From an uncultured virus (IMG/VR IMGVR_UViG_3300046168_000024) (lineage: Duplodnaviria > Heunggongvirae > Uroviricota > Caudoviricetes), in the IMG/VR virus record IMGVR_UViG_3300046168_000024: 20,000 nucleotides of DNA. One strand, written 5' to 3'. Of the stretch, positions 17,298 to 20,000 are shown piece by piece (position 1 is the first letter of the stretch; every line of letters begins with the position of its first letter). The position numbers and the translations under genes are program-made. The notes under the pieces were generated by a model. It was not told where the DNA came from. It ran no database searches and saw nothing but the letters and a program-made list of their open reading frames with translations.

Positions 17298-18027
17298 TTA
17301 TATCCTCTATATCTTTACTAAAATGTTCTTGTTCAATAACATACCCAACCTTTCTTCCATAAGTAATATTTACTATATTTGGAACAGATTTAATTTGTAC
17401 TATACCAGCTAAATGTGCTAGTTTCTTTTTTAATTTTTTCTCTATCTCATATGCAGAATATGGATTATTTTCGTCCCATTCCATACTTCGAATCTGCACT
17501 TCTACTTGTGGCTCTTTCTCTAGACATCTTTCTAGTAATGCCTCGTGTCCTTCATGCCATGGTTGCCACCTACCTAGCATTTGTACTGTGGGAGTTTCAT
17601 CTTTCCATATTCTATGTCCTATACTCCAACATACATCAACAGGGTCATCATCATCCCACTCATGTATATCGTAATCATACTCCGTCCACTCAGGCCACTC
17701 AAATATTTTGTTAGTATCTTCATACTTACTCTCTACTACTCCTGACATAAATATAGTCAGGTCAGCATCAAACTGCTCTCTACCTGACTTGAATGGACAT
17801 ATAAAATCTACTAATGCAATTTTACCACTATCTGATACTGCATTTGCTTTATCCAACATTCTTCTAAACTGTCTCCAACGACCCTGTTCTGAGAAATCCC
17901 AGTCATCGGCTTCGTGGCGCATTTGGTCTGCGTTTATATGAACAACTCTGTCAGTCATAATCTTCTTTATATTCTTACAAAGAGTTGTTTTACCTGCTCC
18001 AGATTGTCCAAAAATTAATACTTTCAC
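17266..18027 (-). CDS. adenylylsulfate (APS) kinase-like P-loop domain fused to an HxGH nucleotidyltransferase domain
   Basis: N-terminal GQSGAGKTT, NADQMR, DFSEQGR and VDFICP; C-terminal GRWQPWHEGH, NPYS and ISATKIR. Confidence 0.85.
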   Translation of the reverse strand: MKVLIFGQSGAGKTTLCKNIKKIMTDRVVHINADQMRHEADDWDFSEQGRWRQFRRMLDKANAVSDSGKIALVDFICPFKSGREQFDADLTIFMSGVVESKYEDTNKIFEWPEWTEYDYDIHEWDDDDPVDVCWSIGHRIWKDETPTVQMLGRWQPWHEGHEALLERCLEKEPQVEVQIRSMEWDENNPYSAYEIEKKLKKKLAHLAGIVQIKSVPNIVNITYGRKVGYVIEQEHFSKDIEDISATKIRQNTA

Positions 18028-18766
18028 TTCAATAAATCCTTATAATTTTTTCCTACTTTTACTTTCAACCATGCATTTTCTGCTGTTTGTTTTGCTGCCT
18101 TGTACTCTATACATTTAGCACACTTACCGCAAGGCAACCATCTTTTATCTTTTTTACTTGTACTGGTTGCATACAAGTCCATGCATAATCTACTAGGACA
18201 GGATATTTTCTCATAATAAATGAGTATATCTCTGACTTTGTATTATGCTCAAATGGAAATAACATTAGGGGTGTACCTAATTTCTTTTCCCACTGCAACC
18301 CATGTATTTCCCACTCTTGATTTTTTATCATTTCTACATTTCTTTGTACATTTTTTAACATACCTCTTTGTTGTCCACTATCATCAGTGTTCGTTCCAAA
18401 TACAACATATTCTATAGCCCACTGTGGGTTTCCTACTATTAGTTTTACTACATTATCAATGTTTAAAAACCCTGCAGGTATGTTTATAGATTTCATAGGT
18501 ATTGAATTAGTACTCAATACAAATGGCACTTTAAAATAGTCTGCTGACTTTCTAGCAGCAAGAACTAAGTTATGTGCTCCAGGCACTTCTGCAATTAAAT
18601 CTGTCCAAACAATAGGCTTTTTACCTGTATCTATTGCCCATGCCAAAGCTGCTTGGCTTTCTATTCCACCACCGTGAGGTATAATAGTATCTATATTCTC
18701 AAAATCAGCTACGCCCTCGCCTTTATGCTGTCTATCCTCGAAATCTAAGTAAGTCTTAGGCTCCAT
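18024..18766 (-). CDS. QueC-like PP-loop ATPase, single frameshift
   Basis: PP-loop variant HGGGIES, FGTNTDD, PF...TKSEI and WTC. One extra base in the 18150-18155 homopolymer restores WLPCGKCAKCIEY and a TGA at 18024 overlapping the next GTG. Confidence 0.75.
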
Positions 18767-19415
18767 AATAAAAATCCTCAAAATCTTTTTTGTAATACTC
18801 GTATATTAACTCTTTGTTTTTATCTGTCCATTCATAAGGTCTGCTTTGACTTACATTCTTTCTAGCTTCTTTTATCTTTAATTCTTTCCAAATAGTTTTA
18901 TCTTCTAACTTATGAACTTCTACTCCTGGTCTTATCCATTGCCATTGTGGTTTCATAATTATACTTGGGTCAAACGATGGTTTCATTAGATATAATTCAT
19001 ACAATGCATCTTTATCATCTATACACTTGTTCCACTTACCCTCTTGCATACAAGCAATAGCGTAAGGAACCCAATCTTTAAAAGGTGTATCTACCAATTC
19101 AATATCTGATAGATGATTCCATGCACTACGAAACTTAGTATATGGGTGGCGTACTTGTGTAACATATTTCCAATCAGGATATTGTAAGGCATACTGGTCG
19201 TAAGTTGCATGCATATTCATAGTATACATTTTATAGGGTGGATGATTTCTCCAACCTCTTATATAATGAGTTGCAAAGCCTTGGCTCCAAGTCTGTGTTC
19301 CCACTCGCATTTGTGGGTCAGTTGGAACACCATACTTACTTAAATACTGAGCTGTGATGGCAGTTCCGCCACACTTTGGTATATGTATAAAGATTGTTTT
19401 GTCACGACAAATCAT
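18756..19415 (-). CDS. PAPS-dependent sulfotransferase (Sulfotransfer_2-like)
   Basis: 5'-PSB motif FIHIPKCGGTAI, 3'-PB motif VRHPYTKFRSAW, PQ and C-terminal YKKDFEDFYY. Confidence 0.88.
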   Translation of the reverse strand: MICRDKTIFIHIPKCGGTAITAQYLSKYGVPTDPQMRVGTQTWSQGFATHYIRGWRNHPPYKMYTMNMHATYDQYALQYPDWKYVTQVRHPYTKFRSAWNHLSDIELVDTPFKDWVPYAIACMQEGKWNKCIDDKDALYELYLMKPSFDPSIIMKPQWQWIRPGVEVHKLEDKTIWKELKIKEARKNVSQSRPYEWTDKNKELIYEYYKKDFEDFYYGA

Positions 19416-20000
19416 AGAGCTTTTCAAACTTTCCTAAGCTATAATCATCAGCTACATCAAAGTCACATCCAATCGGGGTTCCTGGCACAGAAAGACCACG
19501 GTCTCTCTGTATAAATTCTTTCAGTTTTGCACTATATAATTCTACTTCATCAAGAGGAACTTCTGCTAACACAGAGTCATGAACAAGTGCAAATATCTTT
19601 GACTTCATTCCTGTCTTGACTATATACTTCTGCATCTCTATCGCTCCGAGTAAGTTTACATCACTTGCTACGGATTGAACGAGAGCATTTACACCACTTC
19701 TTACTTCATGTGATGCAATACCTTTGTCTTGTGAGAATACATTTGGTAGTCTTCTCTTTCTGCCGAAATGACTGTATATAAAGCCATTCGCTTGTATAAA
19801 TTTCTGTGTGTTATTGAGCCACCCTTTTAGTTTAGGGAAAGCTTCGAAGTAATCATCAATAGTATGTTTAGCTTCTGCAGGACTAAAGTATTTACCTGAA
19901 TCCTTGGTAACCTGTTCACTGATTTTTGCAGGGCCAGCTCCATACATTATACCGAATGTAACTGCCTTTGCTTGTTGTCTTTCTGCTGTGTAGTGTTCTG
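19402..20000 (-). CDS. polA: family A DNA polymerase, C-terminal part
   Basis: Frame is open to the window edge; motif B RQQAKAVTFGIMYG, FGRKRR, NALVQS.ASD and motif C VHDS. Confidence 0.97.
   Translation of the reverse strand, partial: EHYTAERQQAKAVTFGIMYGAGPAKISEQVTKDSGKYFSPAEAKHTIDDYFEAFPKLKGWLNNTQKFIQANGFIYSHFGRKRRLPNVFSQDKGIASHEVRSGVNALVQSVASDVNLLGAIEMQKYIVKTGMKSKIFALVHDSVLAEVPLDEVELYSAKLKEFIQRDRGLSVPGTPIGCDFDVADDYSLGKFEKLYDLS

Noticed and set aside
18150..18155. Phase variation or programmed slippage at the A6 run in the QueC-like gene
   Set aside because: The run is short and typical of homopolymer sequencing errors; it cannot be supported without reads.
402..18417. Numerous short plus-strand ORFs in the track (e.g. 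402-593, 1935-2186, 7229-7474, 11566-11880, 17415-17714) and nested minus ORF 7359-7541
   Set aside because: They are antisense or off-frame shadows of well-supported genes and have no motifs.
1..20000. tRNAs, CRISPR arrays, tandem repeats, inteins, homing endonucleases, rho-independent terminators
   Set aside because: None was seen. There is almost no intergenic space, and nrdA, nrdB and the helicase have uninterrupted normal lengths.

Overview
AT-rich, densely packed phage DNA, almost entirely on the minus strand. The backbone follows the T5-like replication/recombination module: family A DNA polymerase (partial), conserved hypothetical, D10-like SF2 helicase, hypothetical, D11-like ssDNA-binding protein, D12/D13-like SbcD/SbcC, D14-like resolvase and D15-like flap endonuclease, followed by class Ia nrdA/nrdB. 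Three accessory sets are spliced into it, mostly through overlapping start/stop codons. (1) A cluster between polymerase and helicase: sulfotransferase, QueC-like ATPase, APS-kinase/nucleotidyltransferase fusion, 2OG-Fe(II)-like dioxygenase, DNA methyltransferase, DUF2061, AsnB-like amidotransferase and cytidylyltransferase, with a GT-A glycosyltransferase just past the helicase. (2) A redox set: peroxiredoxin, two membrane proteins, an exported c-type cytochrome and glutaredoxin. (3) A terminal GT8/CDI-like plus GT29 sialyltransferase-like pair. Three genes carry frameshifts that look like sequencing errors. A consensus sigma70 promoter and a missed 45-aa ORF were found by reading the sequence. 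All family calls come from motif recognition by eye, not database searches.
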